Shown one piece after another: positions 31,270-41,897 of a stretch of DNA of 64,000 bases. The DNA is from Nitrosopumilus sp. (lineage in GTDB: Archaea > Thermoproteota > Nitrososphaeria > Nitrososphaerales > Nitrosopumilaceae). Location: contig OZ252243.1 in NCBI GenBank assembly GCA_965249555.1, positions 1,792,001-1,856,000 on the forward strand. The letters run 5' to 3'. The notes beneath the pieces were generated by a model that saw only the letters and a list, made by a program, of their open reading frames with translations, was not told where the DNA came from and searched no databases. The position numbers were made by a program, and so were the translations under genes. Position 1 is the stretch's first letter. Every line of letters begins with the position of its first letter.

Positions 31270-32148
31270 TTACTCTAGTAGATTTTCATGTAACCACCAA
31301 AGAAACTCCGTGTATGCCTGATGGCTGTATGATAATGGCTTTGCAACTTTTGGTGCTTTTGTAGAATCGATTTCATTCTCTCTGTTTCTTTGTACATCAA
31401 CATGAACCATAAAATATTCTCTTTCTCCAACATGAATATCTTCAAGAGTGTTATGGAATCTTCTCATCCATTTTTTAACTAATTCTTTAGCAGGCACGTT
31501 TCTATCTTCTAAACTGTCTGCTTTTGTAAGCACTATTGCTATTGGCGTATCAATTCTTCCATTTTTTGAAGTATTTGTTGATTTTTTAAATTCTTGTATG
31601 GTCGTTAATGTTTGGCTATATTGAGTTTGAACATTTTCCCAATCTGTTTTCATTTTTGAGCAATCAAGTAAAATTACATACATTTTTGCATATACTGCAT
31701 ATATCATTTCACTATAGGACTCACCTTTGACTTTTCCCATCTCACAAACTTTTACAACTCGTTCATCCCCTCTTATTTCTTCACCTAAACACATGTTTTT
31801 GTAATCCTCGCCAGAAATGTCTGGAAGTTTAAACTCTATACTGCTTGCAGTAGCTCCTGTTCCACGCATCTCAAAGATGATTTTGTCTCTTGATAGTTGT
31901 GGTGTTCTTTCTGGAAATTCTCCTCCTCTCATACTATTCTCACATAGTTCAAGAAATGGTCTTCCCTTTTTTGGGTGTGCTCGTAATTCTGGATGTTCAT
32001 CTAGAAAATGATTGTCTATTGCATGACTTAGTAAAGTGATAAACACTGTTTTTCCAGTTCTACTTGGGCCTAAAACCGCTACGTTATTTTCATTTAGAAT
32101 AGTTTTAGATGCCTTTAATATTGGAGCCATCTTGTCTTCTATGCCCAT
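31270..32148 (-). CDS. TRAFAC-class (double-GTPase-like) GTPase
   Basis: G1 GPSRTGKT, G2 FPERT, G3 DISGE, G4 TKAD. Confidence 0.8.
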   Translation of the reverse strand: MGIEDKMAPILKASKTILNENNVAVLGPSRTGKTVFITLLSHAIDNHFLDEHPELRAHPKKGRPFLELCENSMRGGEFPERTPQLSRDKIIFEMRGTGATASSIEFKLPDISGEDYKNMCLGEEIRGDERVVKVCEMGKVKGESYSEMIYAVYAKMYVILLDCSKMKTDWENVQTQYSQTLTTIQEFKKSTNTSKNGRIDTPIAIVLTKADSLEDRNVPAKELVKKWMRRFHNTLEDIHVGEREYFMVHVDVQRNRENEIDSTKAPKVAKPLSYSHQAYTEFLWWLHENLLE

Positions 32149-34295
32149 TATACACTCAACTCCGCCATACTGTTTATTTCGTTTTCGGTTTTATTGAATT
32201 TTTCAAAATTTAATATGTAAAAATTAGATGAACCATTTCTACCTAGTTCTGGATCTGATAATCCTATACAAGCTCTAGCTGTACCTACTGATTTGTGATT
32301 CACTTTTGGAAAATACTGCTGTTCGTAATCAAGGAATCTGTTAATCTGTTTTATAATTATATCATCAACATGTCCTATAGAATTATAGCCTAAAGCAATC
32401 ATATCATCTGTAAATCTGTTTATTGTTGGATGAGTAGATTGTTCTCTCATTGGGAATCTCCAACCAAAATAAGCCTCTATGTTTTCAGGAGTTGTTTGCC
32501 TGTCCTTGTAGGGAAAATGTGGTATGTTACTAAATGTTACAAAAACTTCTTTTTTTATGCTGAATTTCCTAACAGTTTCTTCTTTTACTAATGCATCAAT
32601 TCTATTTCTAATCATTTGTTCAGAAATATCTCCGCCTATAAGTAACGAAACAATTTCTTTAAGGAGTTGCCTGCCTCCACGAATTAATCGTAAGATTAAT
32701 TGTTCTATTACATGTCTCCTAAGTTTTTCAAAAATTGGTGCAACTATTCCAGTTTGTTCAGCAAGAAGAGATATTTGATCAAAAATTGGAACTACGACTT
32801 CACGCATGGGATTCATTTTTTCCTGATGGATAATTTCTCGCCATACTTCTTCCCAGTCAAATTTTCCATGTTCAAACTCTCTTGGTTGATTTAACGAACC
32901 TTGAGATAGTTTTGCCATATCTTGAATATCTCCTTCTCTACTAGCTACTGCCTTTAGCAAAAAGACATATTCATTTCTTAATATCCCCACTTTTAATTTT
33001 CCATACTCCACATAATCTGCAGTTTTAATCATGATGTCAGATAATGATAAATCTCTCAATACTCTTTTTGTAAACAGATCAATTCTGCTTCTATCTGCAT
33101 GAGTCAATATATCATCTGGATATAGGCGTAAATCTTCTTGTGAATATTCTGTTTTAATCAATTTTTCATACCCTAATTGTTCCGTAATGACTTTGCGTAA
33201 AATTTCAAAATCAGATAATTTTTCAACTATTATATCACAATCTTTAGTAACTGCTTTGAGATTTTTCAGTCTCATATTTTCTCCACCTATGAGAAATATT
33301 TGCATTGGGTTTGTAATGTTATTTCCTATATCTTCAAATAATGATGATGTAGCTGGTGGTACAATATATTTTTCCGATTTAATTTCATACAGTTCTGCTT
33401 TTGATACAAATTCACTCCATGGGAGAAATATACTTTCATCTTTTAATTTTTGTCTTCTAATGTATGCTTCAACATCTAACCACACTGAAGATATGCCAAA
33501 AGAAATTGCAATTTCTCTTAATCGTTTAGTATCTACTTTGTTTTTATTATGAACATAAAACACTATTGACATGATCAAACCTAGTTTATCATTGGCTTTG
33601 TAAGCTGTCAATACTGAATGAATAATTATATCATGAATGTCTAGTGGTTCTTTTTGTTTAACATAGTAATCATATGGAGACTCATATTTTATTCCATTAT
33701 TTGTAAATACTGAAAAAGATGTTAATTCTCCTTCAGTTATTCTTCCACTCATAACTTTTTTTATAGTTTTTTCTTTATCTATGTAAATTACTTCTGCATT
33801 TGGTTCATACATTTGCTCTCTTTCAGTTTTTAGGATTCTTGCAAAATCTATCAACTCCGTTTTGGAAGGATCGATGTGTATTCTTTCAGGAATTTTCCGC
33901 CAATGATACCCTTGAGTGTCTGTTTCTTTCTGTATTATCCCTATTGCCCCAAAATCAGATATTGCTCGATATATCGTAGCTGTGGATAATCCGGTATTTG
34001 TCACAATTTCATTAACGGTTAACAATTCTGTCAAATAAGAAAATACAAGTTCATTGGAGTCACGTAAAAGATTCTCTAAATTCCATTTCTGGGATATTTT
34101 TTTTAGTAATACTGTTTTTGCATTTTTTTGTAGTTCTATAACATTACCTTCTTTTTTGATAAAACCATCTTGAAGAAGTTTTTTTATTTGGTAATTGAAT
34201 TGCCATTCTTTTACTCCACTGATTTCTTTTAATGTCGCAGTGTCATGAATGTCATTAATTATTTCCTTGATAATCGATATGGATGTACCATTCAT
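32148..34295 (-). CDS. wHTH plus DUF6036-like pol-beta nucleotidyltransferase multidomain protein
   Basis: HTH LTVNEIVTNTGLSTATIYR; LIGG...KAVTKDCD; RIDLF; LLK..SREGDIQD. Confidence 0.75.
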   Translation of the reverse strand: MNGTSISIIKEIINDIHDTATLKEISGVKEWQFNYQIKKLLQDGFIKKEGNVIELQKNAKTVLLKKISQKWNLENLLRDSNELVFSYLTELLTVNEIVTNTGLSTATIYRAISDFGAIGIIQKETDTQGYHWRKIPERIHIDPSKTELIDFARILKTEREQMYEPNAEVIYIDKEKTIKKVMSGRITEGELTSFSVFTNNGIKYESPYDYYVKQKEPLDIHDIIIHSVLTAYKANDKLGLIMSIVFYVHNKNKVDTKRLREIAISFGISSVWLDVEAYIRRQKLKDESIFLPWSEFVSKAELYEIKSEKYIVPPATSSLFEDIGNNITNPMQIFLIGGENMRLKNLKAVTKDCDIIVEKLSDFEILRKVITEQLGYEKLIKTEYSQEDLRLYPDDILTHADRSRIDLFTKRVLRDLSLSDIMIKTADYVEYGKLKVGILRNEYVFLLKAVASREGDIQDMAKLSQGSLNQPREFEHGKFDWEEVWREIIHQEKMNPMREVVVPIFDQISLLAEQTGIVAPIFEKLRRHVIEQLILRLIRGGRQLLKEIVSLLIGGDISEQMIRNRIDALVKEETVRKFSIKKEVFVTFSNIPHFPYKDRQTTPENIEAYFGWRFPMREQSTHPTINRFTDDMIALGYNSIGHVDDIIIKQINRFLDYEQQYFPKVNHKSVGTARACIGLSDPELGRNGSSNFYILNFEKFNKTENEINSMAELSV

Positions 34296-34339
34296 TTAGT
34301 ATCATTAAACCACATAGATATATAAAGTTTAGTGATTAT

Positions 34340-34357
34340 ATGATACTAAAGTATCAT
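34340..34357. promoter_or_regulatory. Palindromic operator in a divergent promoter region
   Basis: ATGATACT-AA-AGTATCAT, plus a half-site next to the start codon at about 34295-34305. Confidence 0.6.
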
Positions 34358-34473
34358 TATGCCCTATAATTATATAATGATTATGGTCATATGAGACTAG
34401 AGTACTACATCTATCATTAAAATTTTCTTTATCATAATATTGAGGAGTCAATTATTAGAAATTGTAGATCTCT

Positions 34474-35034
34474 TTGGAATTAGTGAAAAGTGCGGAATTA
34501 TTTGCAAAAAAGAAGCATTCTGGAATGATGAGAAAAGATGGCATAACTCCCTATTCAAAGCATCTAGAAGCCGTAGTGAATAGACTCAAAAGTCTAGGTG
34601 TTGTGGATGAAGAACTTCTTTGTGCAGGTTGGCTTCATGATACGATAGAAGATGCTGATGCCACTTTTGATGACTTGTTTGAAAAGTTTGGAAGCAGAAT
34701 TGCAGTATTGGTGTCAACTCTATCAAAAGATATGTCATTGACTAGAAAACAAAGAGAGCAAATCTATGTTAAACAACTCAAAGAAGCATCATTTGATGCA
34801 AAACTGATCAAACTATGTGATATCTCAGCAAACTTGAGTGATTTGAAGAATTATGATGCATCAAAATCAAAAAAACTACGTCAGGTCAGAAAAGTAAGAC
34901 ATTATCTAGCAGTTATCAAAAATGATCTGATAGAAAATAATGACTATCCAAAAATTACTACTCTATTGGAAAGCATTAATCAAAGTTTAAAGCAATTTGG
35001 ACAAAGAACCATATCGTTACAGCAAAAGAGATGA
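34474..35034 (+). CDS. HD-domain hydrolase, SpoT/Mesh1-like
   Basis: RKDGITPYSKH, AGWLHDTIED, IKLCDISAN. Confidence 0.88.
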   Translation: MELVKSAELFAKKKHSGMMRKDGITPYSKHLEAVVNRLKSLGVVDEELLCAGWLHDTIEDADATFDDLFEKFGSRIAVLVSTLSKDMSLTRKQREQIYVKQLKEASFDAKLIKLCDISANLSDLKNYDASKSKKLRQVRKVRHYLAVIKNDLIENNDYPKITTLLESINQSLKQFGQRTISLQQKR

Positions 35035-35322
35035 GGAAATAATTATTCTAAAGATCACTCTAGTCTTTCTGCATCATACAGACCATGCCCGCAGTGATTT
35101 CTATTGGTACGAGAATAAATATGAAAGATATTTCCACAGTTGTAGAATCTGAATATTGTGTATGTTATGTATTAGTTGACACATAATTACATTTACGCAT
35201 TTTTTACATTGGATACTGTAACAGCTTGTCTAGAAAAAAATTAAAGTAACAAAAGAGGAGTAAAAATTGTGCCTAAAATAAAAATCAGTCCCATTAAAAA
35301 TTACAAAATTTTACAAACTGTA

Positions 35323-35940
35323 TCACTTTGAATTAGATTGATCTGTAGTTTGTTGTTTAAAGAAAGAATTGTACATATTAAATTCATTTTCAATAATTTT
35401 TCTTCTCTCTCTGCTTTCTTGTTTGATTTGTCTTAGTTGTGATTTCATAAAACCACGTTTTTCTTTTGATAATCTATCTTGTTCTTCTTGTTGTAGATTA
35501 AGTGGTTCAAATTGTTTGCATTCTGAACCATAGTGACCAATCTTAGTCCATTTTCCATCTATCCTAATATATGCTGCCAGTTTTGTACAATCTACTTTAC
35601 ATTCACCATGATAATTTCTGTACACCATAAAATCACCTAAAGTGAAAAGAATCTTCCTTGTGATGGATTGTACATTGATGACATTTTTGAATCTATTCCC
35701 TCTGTGTTGTTTCATAAAATACGCAACTGATTTTATTTTGATAAAATCCTCATATGCAATACCGTATCCTAATTCTGTTGTAGATAATATTCGTAAAATG
35801 CCTATTTTTCTGCCTAGCATGAATGCGTGATAGACTGCCTCTTCCCTTGCTTTTTGCGTCTTTTTCTTTGTGAATTTATGCCCAAATTTTCCTGCAGTCT
35901 TTTTGATTGATTTTTTGACCTACCTTTAGCATGGATAGAC
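35323..35940 (-). pseudogene. Degraded or fused hypothetical ORF(s)
   Basis: 165-aa ORF with broken upstream extension; no family recognised. Confidence 0.3.
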
Positions 35941-36066
35941 ATGTTGCATATTGTGGTCTAACTTTTACACCAGTCTTTTTGTGGTTTGAATTTTTTTAGA
36001 ACTTTATAGAATTGTTTTACCACAAAAATTGGTCATACTCTAAAGTATAAAAGATGAATTTGTTAG

Positions 36067-37089
36067 CTAAAACCACTGATCTAGATTTTGACTCTTTTTC
36101 TCTAGTGCTTTTTTTAGTCTGTTTAGGGTTGCCTGAATTCTGTCTTCTGAGAAACTTCTCTCTTTTACAAGATAGTTTGTTATTGCCTCATAATCTACTT
36201 TATCAAAGACAATCTCATCAATATCAGTTACATCTGGCTCCAAAAAGATTTTTCGTATCTGCTGAAACTCTATCTCTTGTAATTGTTCTTGAATTTGTGG
36301 TATGTCTTCTAATCTTGAATGCTGCTTTATCATTTTTAGTGCTGTCTTTGGACCAATCCTATCAAAACCATTTGGATTAAAGTCTGTTCCAATTAAAATT
36401 CCAACATCAACAAGCTGCTCTCTTGTAAATCCTAATGCATCAAGTGTTTTTTGTGTCTCAATCATCTCTGGAACAATATCGATGTAGGTGTTTCTATTTG
36501 GCAACTTTCTTCTTCCACTGTTAGTAAAATTTCTGACTAATCTTTTTGCACCACATAAAATAGAATCAAAATCCTGGCTTGCAGAAGCGTATGCTTGTCC
36601 TGTATTTGTCAGATGTGCGGCTGTTGCTTCCCCCTCTGATGCTGCTTCTATAAATGGAATGCCAAAACATGTTAAAAGTTTTTTTGATTCTTTCACCATC
36701 CCATCTTTCATACTGGTTGTTTGTTGTGCATATTTTCTTGCATCTTCCATGTTTCCATCAGCGATTGCTTTTTCATATTTGATAGTTGCATCTTTCTTGA
36801 TCTGTTTTCTACGTTCAATTTCTGCTGTTTTTAGTGACGGTGGTTTTCCATCAAAGACATAGACTGGTTTTATTCCTAAAGATAGAAAGTTGACATTTCT
36901 GTATAACAGACCACTTAGATGACTAGTGATTCTTCCTTCAGAATCTGATAATTGTAATCCGTCTGGACCTCTAATACTTGCTAAGAATTGGTAGATCGCA
37001 TTGTATGCATCAATTGCAATTATTTTAGTTGAAAATGCTTCTAGACTTGTTTTCTCCCTTACCACCAAGTCCTTTAGATTTAGTCCCAT
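36067..37089 (-). CDS. fen: Flap endonuclease 1
   Basis: [36 protein letters not shown]-terminal QNLDQWF PIP box. Confidence 0.97.
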   Translation of the reverse strand: MGLNLKDLVVREKTSLEAFSTKIIAIDAYNAIYQFLASIRGPDGLQLSDSEGRITSHLSGLLYRNVNFLSLGIKPVYVFDGKPPSLKTAEIERRKQIKKDATIKYEKAIADGNMEDARKYAQQTTSMKDGMVKESKKLLTCFGIPFIEAASEGEATAAHLTNTGQAYASASQDFDSILCGAKRLVRNFTNSGRRKLPNRNTYIDIVPEMIETQKTLDALGFTREQLVDVGILIGTDFNPNGFDRIGPKTALKMIKQHSRLEDIPQIQEQLQEIEFQQIRKIFLEPDVTDIDEIVFDKVDYEAITNYLVKERSFSEDRIQATLNRLKKALEKKSQNLDQWF

Positions 37090-37172
37090 AGGATTCTGTT
37101 GTAATTTATGCTATTTTGTGTTTGTCTTTGACATTTGGTTTGTTTTATTATGGAGAAAATCTCAGACTAGAT

Positions 37173-37254
37173 GCCGGGGTAGCCAAGTGGTAAGGCGGCC
37201 GTCTCGAAAACGGCTACGCGCAAGCGTGCAGGGGCTCGAATCCCTTTCCCGGCG
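37173..37254 (+). tRNA. tRNA-Ser(CGA)
   Basis: Cloverleaf; GCCGT-CTCGAAA-ACGGC anticodon arm; long variable arm; G73. Confidence 0.93.
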
Positions 37255-37296
37255 TTGATCTTTTAATTTAAAATCATTACATGTTGTATAGAATTC

Positions 37297-38538
37297 GTGG
37301 TATTGATGGTGTCTGGCCCTCTCATTATATTATTGACACATAATCGCCCAAAGATTTTGAAGCGTTGTATTTCTACTGCAATAAATCATAGTAAAATTGC
37401 ATATAATGCATATTGGATAGTACTGGATGATTCTAACCCTGAACATGTCCTAGAAAATCTAGATGTGTTAAATGAATTTGCAAATTTGGGATTAGATGTA
37501 ATTCATCTTACTGAATCAAAACAATTAGAAATTTTTAAAATTATATCTACACATACGTTAAACAAAGATTATGAAATCCTTTTTGAAAAATCTTTTCATA
37601 GGGATATATCTGGACTAAGAAATTTTGGTTTATTTTTACATTTTATTTTCAAATCTGATTTGACTTTTTTCCTTGATGATGATATGATTAGTTGTTCTAA
37701 TTCTGATAAAGTATGTTTTTTTGATTATGCTCAAAAAACTTTTGATAGTTCTGAGAACTGTATAATTGGCTCTACATTGATGGGAATTTTAGATGAGAGC
37801 TATGTCGGTAGATTTGCTTATCTGGCAAATCATGATATGAATTCAATTTTTCAGCAAGATATTGGCCTTAGTTATTCTGAAAATGAATGGACTTTTGAAA
37901 ATAACCCTCTTTGGATAGACTCTATACCTTCCGCTGAAGAATGCTCTACTCATACAAGTGCTGGGTTATTGGGTTTCAAATTAAACTACGATTCTGTAAT
38001 TCCTTTTCCATCTGGGTATAATGAAGACTGGAATTGGTGTCTTTTACAGACCGCACTATATGGAACAAAAATTAACAAAACAGAATTGATAGCACATCAT
38101 TCACCTCCATCTTTTTTTAAACCAAAACAAGAAGGGATTTTGTGGGAGATGATGGGGGAGTGTATTTTTGATTTGATTTTACAATCTTTGAAATTAAATA
38201 ATTCATCAACCCTAAAAGATATTGAAACAAAAATAAAACCAAATGACGTTATTGATAAAAAAATTGGCACGTTGGATTCTTTAATAGACAATGTGGAAAA
38301 ACATATTGAAACTTTTTCTCAAATAAAAAAACAAGAGTTAAAGGACTATATCCTTCAAATAAAAAATGCTAGAAACAGTCTTAAGAATTCAAATATCTTA
38401 TCTCTTGTTAATTTGTGGTTTAGTGATTTAAGTAAACGCTCCACTGTATTTTCATCTATGATTCAGGATGATGATTTATGCAACCAGATTAGAATCTCAT
38501 TAGAATTTGTAAAACAAAAAAAGAATGTGGCAACATGA
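37297..38538 (+). CDS. GT-A fold glycosyltransferase-like protein
   Basis: LTHNRP, VLDDS, GLRN, FLDDD, YNEDW. Confidence 0.7.
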   Translation: MVLMVSGPLIILLTHNRPKILKRCISTAINHSKIAYNAYWIVLDDSNPEHVLENLDVLNEFANLGLDVIHLTESKQLEIFKIISTHTLNKDYEILFEKSFHRDISGLRNFGLFLHFIFKSDLTFFLDDDMISCSNSDKVCFFDYAQKTFDSSENCIIGSTLMGILDESYVGRFAYLANHDMNSIFQQDIGLSYSENEWTFENNPLWIDSIPSAEECSTHTSAGLLGFKLNYDSVIPFPSGYNEDWNWCLLQTALYGTKINKTELIAHHSPPSFFKPKQEGILWEMMGECIFDLILQSLKLNNSSTLKDIETKIKPNDVIDKKIGTLDSLIDNVEKHIETFSQIKKQELKDYILQIKNARNSLKNSNILSLVNLWFSDLSKRSTVFSSMIQDDDLCNQIRISLEFVKQKKNVAT

Positions 38539-39350
38539 GTGAATCCTTGATTAGTTTTAAGAGCATAGATGGATTAGTCTTAAAGGGAACACTAAGAATT
38601 GCAAAAGACTCACCAAAATTTGCAATATTGTTTGTACATGGAATTACTGTTGATAGAGAAGAGGATGGTTTTTACACCCAATTTGCAAAAAATATGGATA
38701 GCATATCTACCATATCATTTCGATTTGATTTACGTGGTCATGGTACAAGTCAAGGAAAATATGAAGAGATCACACTTGCAGCAGTTATCAACGACATTGA
38801 TTCTGCTGTAGATGAATTTCAAAAACATATTCCATCTCATATCCCTTTGATCATCATTGCTGCAAGTTTTAGTGGAGGTTTGGCATCTAACTGGGCATTT
38901 GAGCATTCAAATAAAGTGCATTCTCTTGTTTTGCTTAATCCTCTGTTGAATTATGGTGAGCATATGCTCTTTTCAAAGTGGTTTTGGGTTGATGAAAAAA
39001 TTTCAGTTAAAGGTAATGAACTTCTCAAGACACAAGGATGGCTTCCACATGGAGACTTTAGAATGGGACCTAAACTGATAGATGAATTGTCAAATTTAAA
39101 ATCATTTGAAAAAATAAAATGTCCTTCTATTCCTGTTTTGGTAGTTCATGGTAACAAAGACAGTGTGGTTTCTTTTGAAATTGCCCAAAACTATTCTGAT
39201 TCAAATAGTAATTCTGCATTTGAAATAATTAATGGTGCTGATCATGGATTTACCAGTCCAAATGATGATAACATGTTACATCCAGACACAATTCATTTTA
39301 GGGACACTGTATTTGAAAAAGTGGTTAACTGGATTAAAGATAGCACATGA
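38535..39350 (+). CDS. Alpha/beta hydrolase
   Basis: FVHG, FDLRGHG, AASFSG, VHGNKD, GADHGF. Confidence 0.88.
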   Translation: MSESLISFKSIDGLVLKGTLRIAKDSPKFAILFVHGITVDREEDGFYTQFAKNMDSISTISFRFDLRGHGTSQGKYEEITLAAVINDIDSAVDEFQKHIPSHIPLIIIAASFSGGLASNWAFEHSNKVHSLVLLNPLLNYGEHMLFSKWFWVDEKISVKGNELLKTQGWLPHGDFRMGPKLIDELSNLKSFEKIKCPSIPVLVVHGNKDSVVSFEIAQNYSDSNSNSAFEIINGADHGFTSPNDDNMLHPDTIHFRDTVFEKVVNWIKDST

Positions 39351-39934
39351 GTGAAAATCAACCAAAAATCATTGGTAATGGGGTATGGATTGATCCGAGA
39401 GTTACTTTTGGAAAAAATGTTACAGTAGGTCATGGTAGTTGTATTGGTTATCCAGATGAGGATGAATCTGAATTAAAAATAATGGATAATGTTTCAATTG
39501 GCGCATTTTGTGTTATATCCATGGGTAGTGTGATTGAAAAAAATGTTTCATTAGAGCATTATTGTAGAATTGATAGTAATTCTACAATTGGAGAAAATAC
39601 AAAGTTATTGTATGGTGCTAGAGTACATTGGAAAGTTAGAATTGGACATGATTCGATAATCGGAGGAAATGCACCCGATAGAACTATCATTGGAAATAAG
39701 GTGCGACACTTTGGACGAATAGTTCATGCACAACGAGATCGTTCAGGAGGATGGGATGCAACTGAAGAACCATCTCCTGTGATATGTGATGGAGCATTAA
39801 TTGGTGCAAATGCAATAATAATTGGAGGTATCGAAATAGGTGAAGATTCAGTTATTGCAGCAAACGAAGTAGTCAAAGAAAATGTGCCTAAAAAATCCAT
39901 TTTTTCACATGGAAAAATAAAACCAATAACATAA
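39347..39934 (+). CDS. Hexapeptide-repeat (left-handed beta-helix) acyltransferase
   Basis: Repeated IG..V.I hexads. Confidence 0.85.
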   Translation: MSENQPKIIGNGVWIDPRVTFGKNVTVGHGSCIGYPDEDESELKIMDNVSIGAFCVISMGSVIEKNVSLEHYCRIDSNSTIGENTKLLYGARVHWKVRIGHDSIIGGNAPDRTIIGNKVRHFGRIVHAQRDRSGGWDATEEPSPVICDGALIGANAIIIGGIEIGEDSVIAANEVVKENVPKKSIFSHGKIKPIT

Positions 39935-39974
39935 TAAAAAAGAAAAAAACCATAATTATCTATAAACTAAGACT

Positions 39975-40160
39975 ATGACTCAGGAAACAGAATCAAAGAT
40001 ACAAGAATCAAAAATTCCAACTGTTGAACTAATTGCACATTTTAGGGAAAAATGTAAAATTTGTGGTCATCACCGAATCATGCACAACGAATTAGGAAAA
40101 TGTGAAGGCGTAATGAACAAACCATGCAATTCTGGTTGCGATAGTTTTGAATCCGAATGA
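39975..40160 (+). CDS. Small Cys/His-rich protein
   Basis: CKICGHHRIMH...CEG...CNSGC. Confidence 0.65.
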   Translation: MTQETESKIQESKIPTVELIAHFREKCKICGHHRIMHNELGKCEGVMNKPCNSGCDSFESE

Positions 40161-40198
40161 TTTGTCTTTCAAGTCTTTAATACGATATATTTTGTAAA

Positions 40199-40852
40199 TT
40201 GTTTGTGGATTCAAACATTGGAGATAAAATTTACCCTGAAGGATATGAGCCCAAAGAAACTCCGGGATCATCTGATCCTACTGTGAGAAATCAACTACTT
40301 GATTTCATCTTACAGTCTGGGTCTACTGAAGAAGTTGTAAATACTGATTTGTTTGCTGTGATGGCAAAGAGACGTTCGACACGAAAATTTTCTGACAAAC
40401 CAGTTGAAACTACAAAAATAGATAAAATTATTGCAGCAGCCGATACTGCGCCTACCGCTGGAAACTATCAGGGATTTGAAATCTTTTATCTCAAAAGTCC
40501 AGAAAAGAAAAAACTTCTAGTTGAAGCATGTAACAAGCAACCTTATGTTAACGCTCCAGTTGTGTTGATTTTCTGTAAAAATCCATCTAGAGTAAAATTT
40601 GATTTTCCTGATTATGTTCTTAAAAAATTTGCCATACAGGATGCAACCTTGGCTGCAGGGTATTCTCAGCTTGCAGCTCAAGCGTTAGGATTAAGCTCAA
40701 TTTGGATTGGTATGTTTGATGAACAAAAGGTGATGGATATTATTGGAACAGATCTGGTCCCATCATCTGTATTGTGTATTGGATATCCAGAACAAACAAA
40801 ATTCCCAAAACCAAGAAGAAATCTCAAAGACTTGGTTCATGTAACTTGGTAA
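40199..40852 (+). CDS. Nitroreductase family protein
   Basis: RRSTRKF, APTAGN, LGLSSIWIG. Confidence 0.92.
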   Translation: MFVDSNIGDKIYPEGYEPKETPGSSDPTVRNQLLDFILQSGSTEEVVNTDLFAVMAKRRSTRKFSDKPVETTKIDKIIAAADTAPTAGNYQGFEIFYLKSPEKKKLLVEACNKQPYVNAPVVLIFCKNPSRVKFDFPDYVLKKFAIQDATLAAGYSQLAAQALGLSSIWIGMFDEQKVMDIIGTDLVPSSVLCIGYPEQTKFPKPRRNLKDLVHVTW

Positions 40853-40904
40853 GGCGTACCTAGAATTCTCCAGATTTAAATAATCATGGATACTGGTTTA
40901 ATTC

Positions 40905-41138
40905 ATGACTGATGCATATGTGATGCTAAATTGTGAATTAGGTGCAGAGGCTGATATTATTGAAAAACTCAAGGAACTTGAAGAAGTAAAAGATGTCTTT
41001 GAGACAATTGGAACTCATGACATGATGGTTAAATTACAAGCAGATAATTTTGAAAAAATTCGAGAAATTGTTTCTTGGAATATTCAGAAATTACCCAAAG
41101 TGCGTTCTACTGCGACTCTCATAAAAAAGGGTAATTAA
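40905..41138 (+). CDS. Lrp/AsnC ligand-binding domain protein
   Basis: AYVMLNCELG...GTHD...VRSTATLI. Confidence 0.88.
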   Translation: MTDAYVMLNCELGAEADIIEKLKELEEVKDVFETIGTHDMMVKLQADNFEKIREIVSWNIQKLPKVRSTATLIKKGN

Positions 41139-41231
41139 GAACACAACAAATCATCAAGAAAATTATGACACTTGTCATTAACATTCAAATTCCAAGAAAT
41201 AAATAACTAATCTGACTTTCAATAATGGTGT

Positions 41232-41342
41232 TCAGCCAGATATCTCAATCATTTTTTTACCACAATTTGGGCATGTTACATTTGTATTGCGTTCTGCCAA
41301 CGTCATTGGCATGTCACAATTATCACAATTCCAAGTTGGCAT
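41232..41342 (-). CDS. 36-aa zinc-ribbon peptide (not in ORF track)
   Basis: MPTWNCDNCDMPMTLAERNTNVTCPNCGKKMIEISG. Confidence 0.6.
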   Translation of the reverse strand: MPTWNCDNCDMPMTLAERNTNVTCPNCGKKMIEISG

Positions 41343-41343
41343 A

Positions 41344-41485
41344 CTATTTCAAAGCTTTACGAAGAGTGTCATTTACTATTCTGGAATAACTACATGAGGA
41401 CATATCTTGTTGAATTATTTTTGCTTGTCTAATTAAGTTTTTTATCAATATCATTATCAATTATAATTGTAATACGTTTACTCAT
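41344..41485 (-). pseudogene. Ribbon-helix-helix-like small protein, frameshifted
   Basis: MSKRITIIIDNDIDKKL / RQAKIIQ...SYSRIVNDTLRKALK in two frames. Confidence 0.6.
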
Positions 41486-41711
41486 TTGTGTTTATAATTC
41501 TTGTAAATTCTATAATAATATGTGATCATTTCAAAAAATGAACAGTCATCAATTAGTTATAATGTGGATTGAGGCGTAATTTTTCTCATAATATTTTACT
41601 TTTAGGAGATTTTAATGCCAGCTCAAAGCCCGATTATCATTTTTAAAAAACACTTTACAAGAACGAGAAAGGACTAAAGATTGGATCATACGCCAGATAC
41701 GGGCTTTCTTG

Positions 41712-41794
41712 GGCTCTGGTCAGTTCTGGTGATCTAGCATAGATAGTGGTCAGAAGTGACAAATATGGATCTTCTCAAGATTGCCCGACCCCCT
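41712..41794. mobile_element. Transposon end identical to 5054-5136
   Basis: 83-bp identity. Confidence 0.75.
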
Positions 41795-41897
41795 CCACCA
41801 TATCTGAGATATCCCAAATTGCTCACGATTGTCAAATTACAAGCTTAAAAAATCAACCTGTAAACCTTTTATAACCACAAATTATTTCTGATACAAT

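Noticed and set aside
37001-37258. 85-aa plus-strand ORF
   Set aside because: Overlaps fen antisense and the tRNA-Ser gene.
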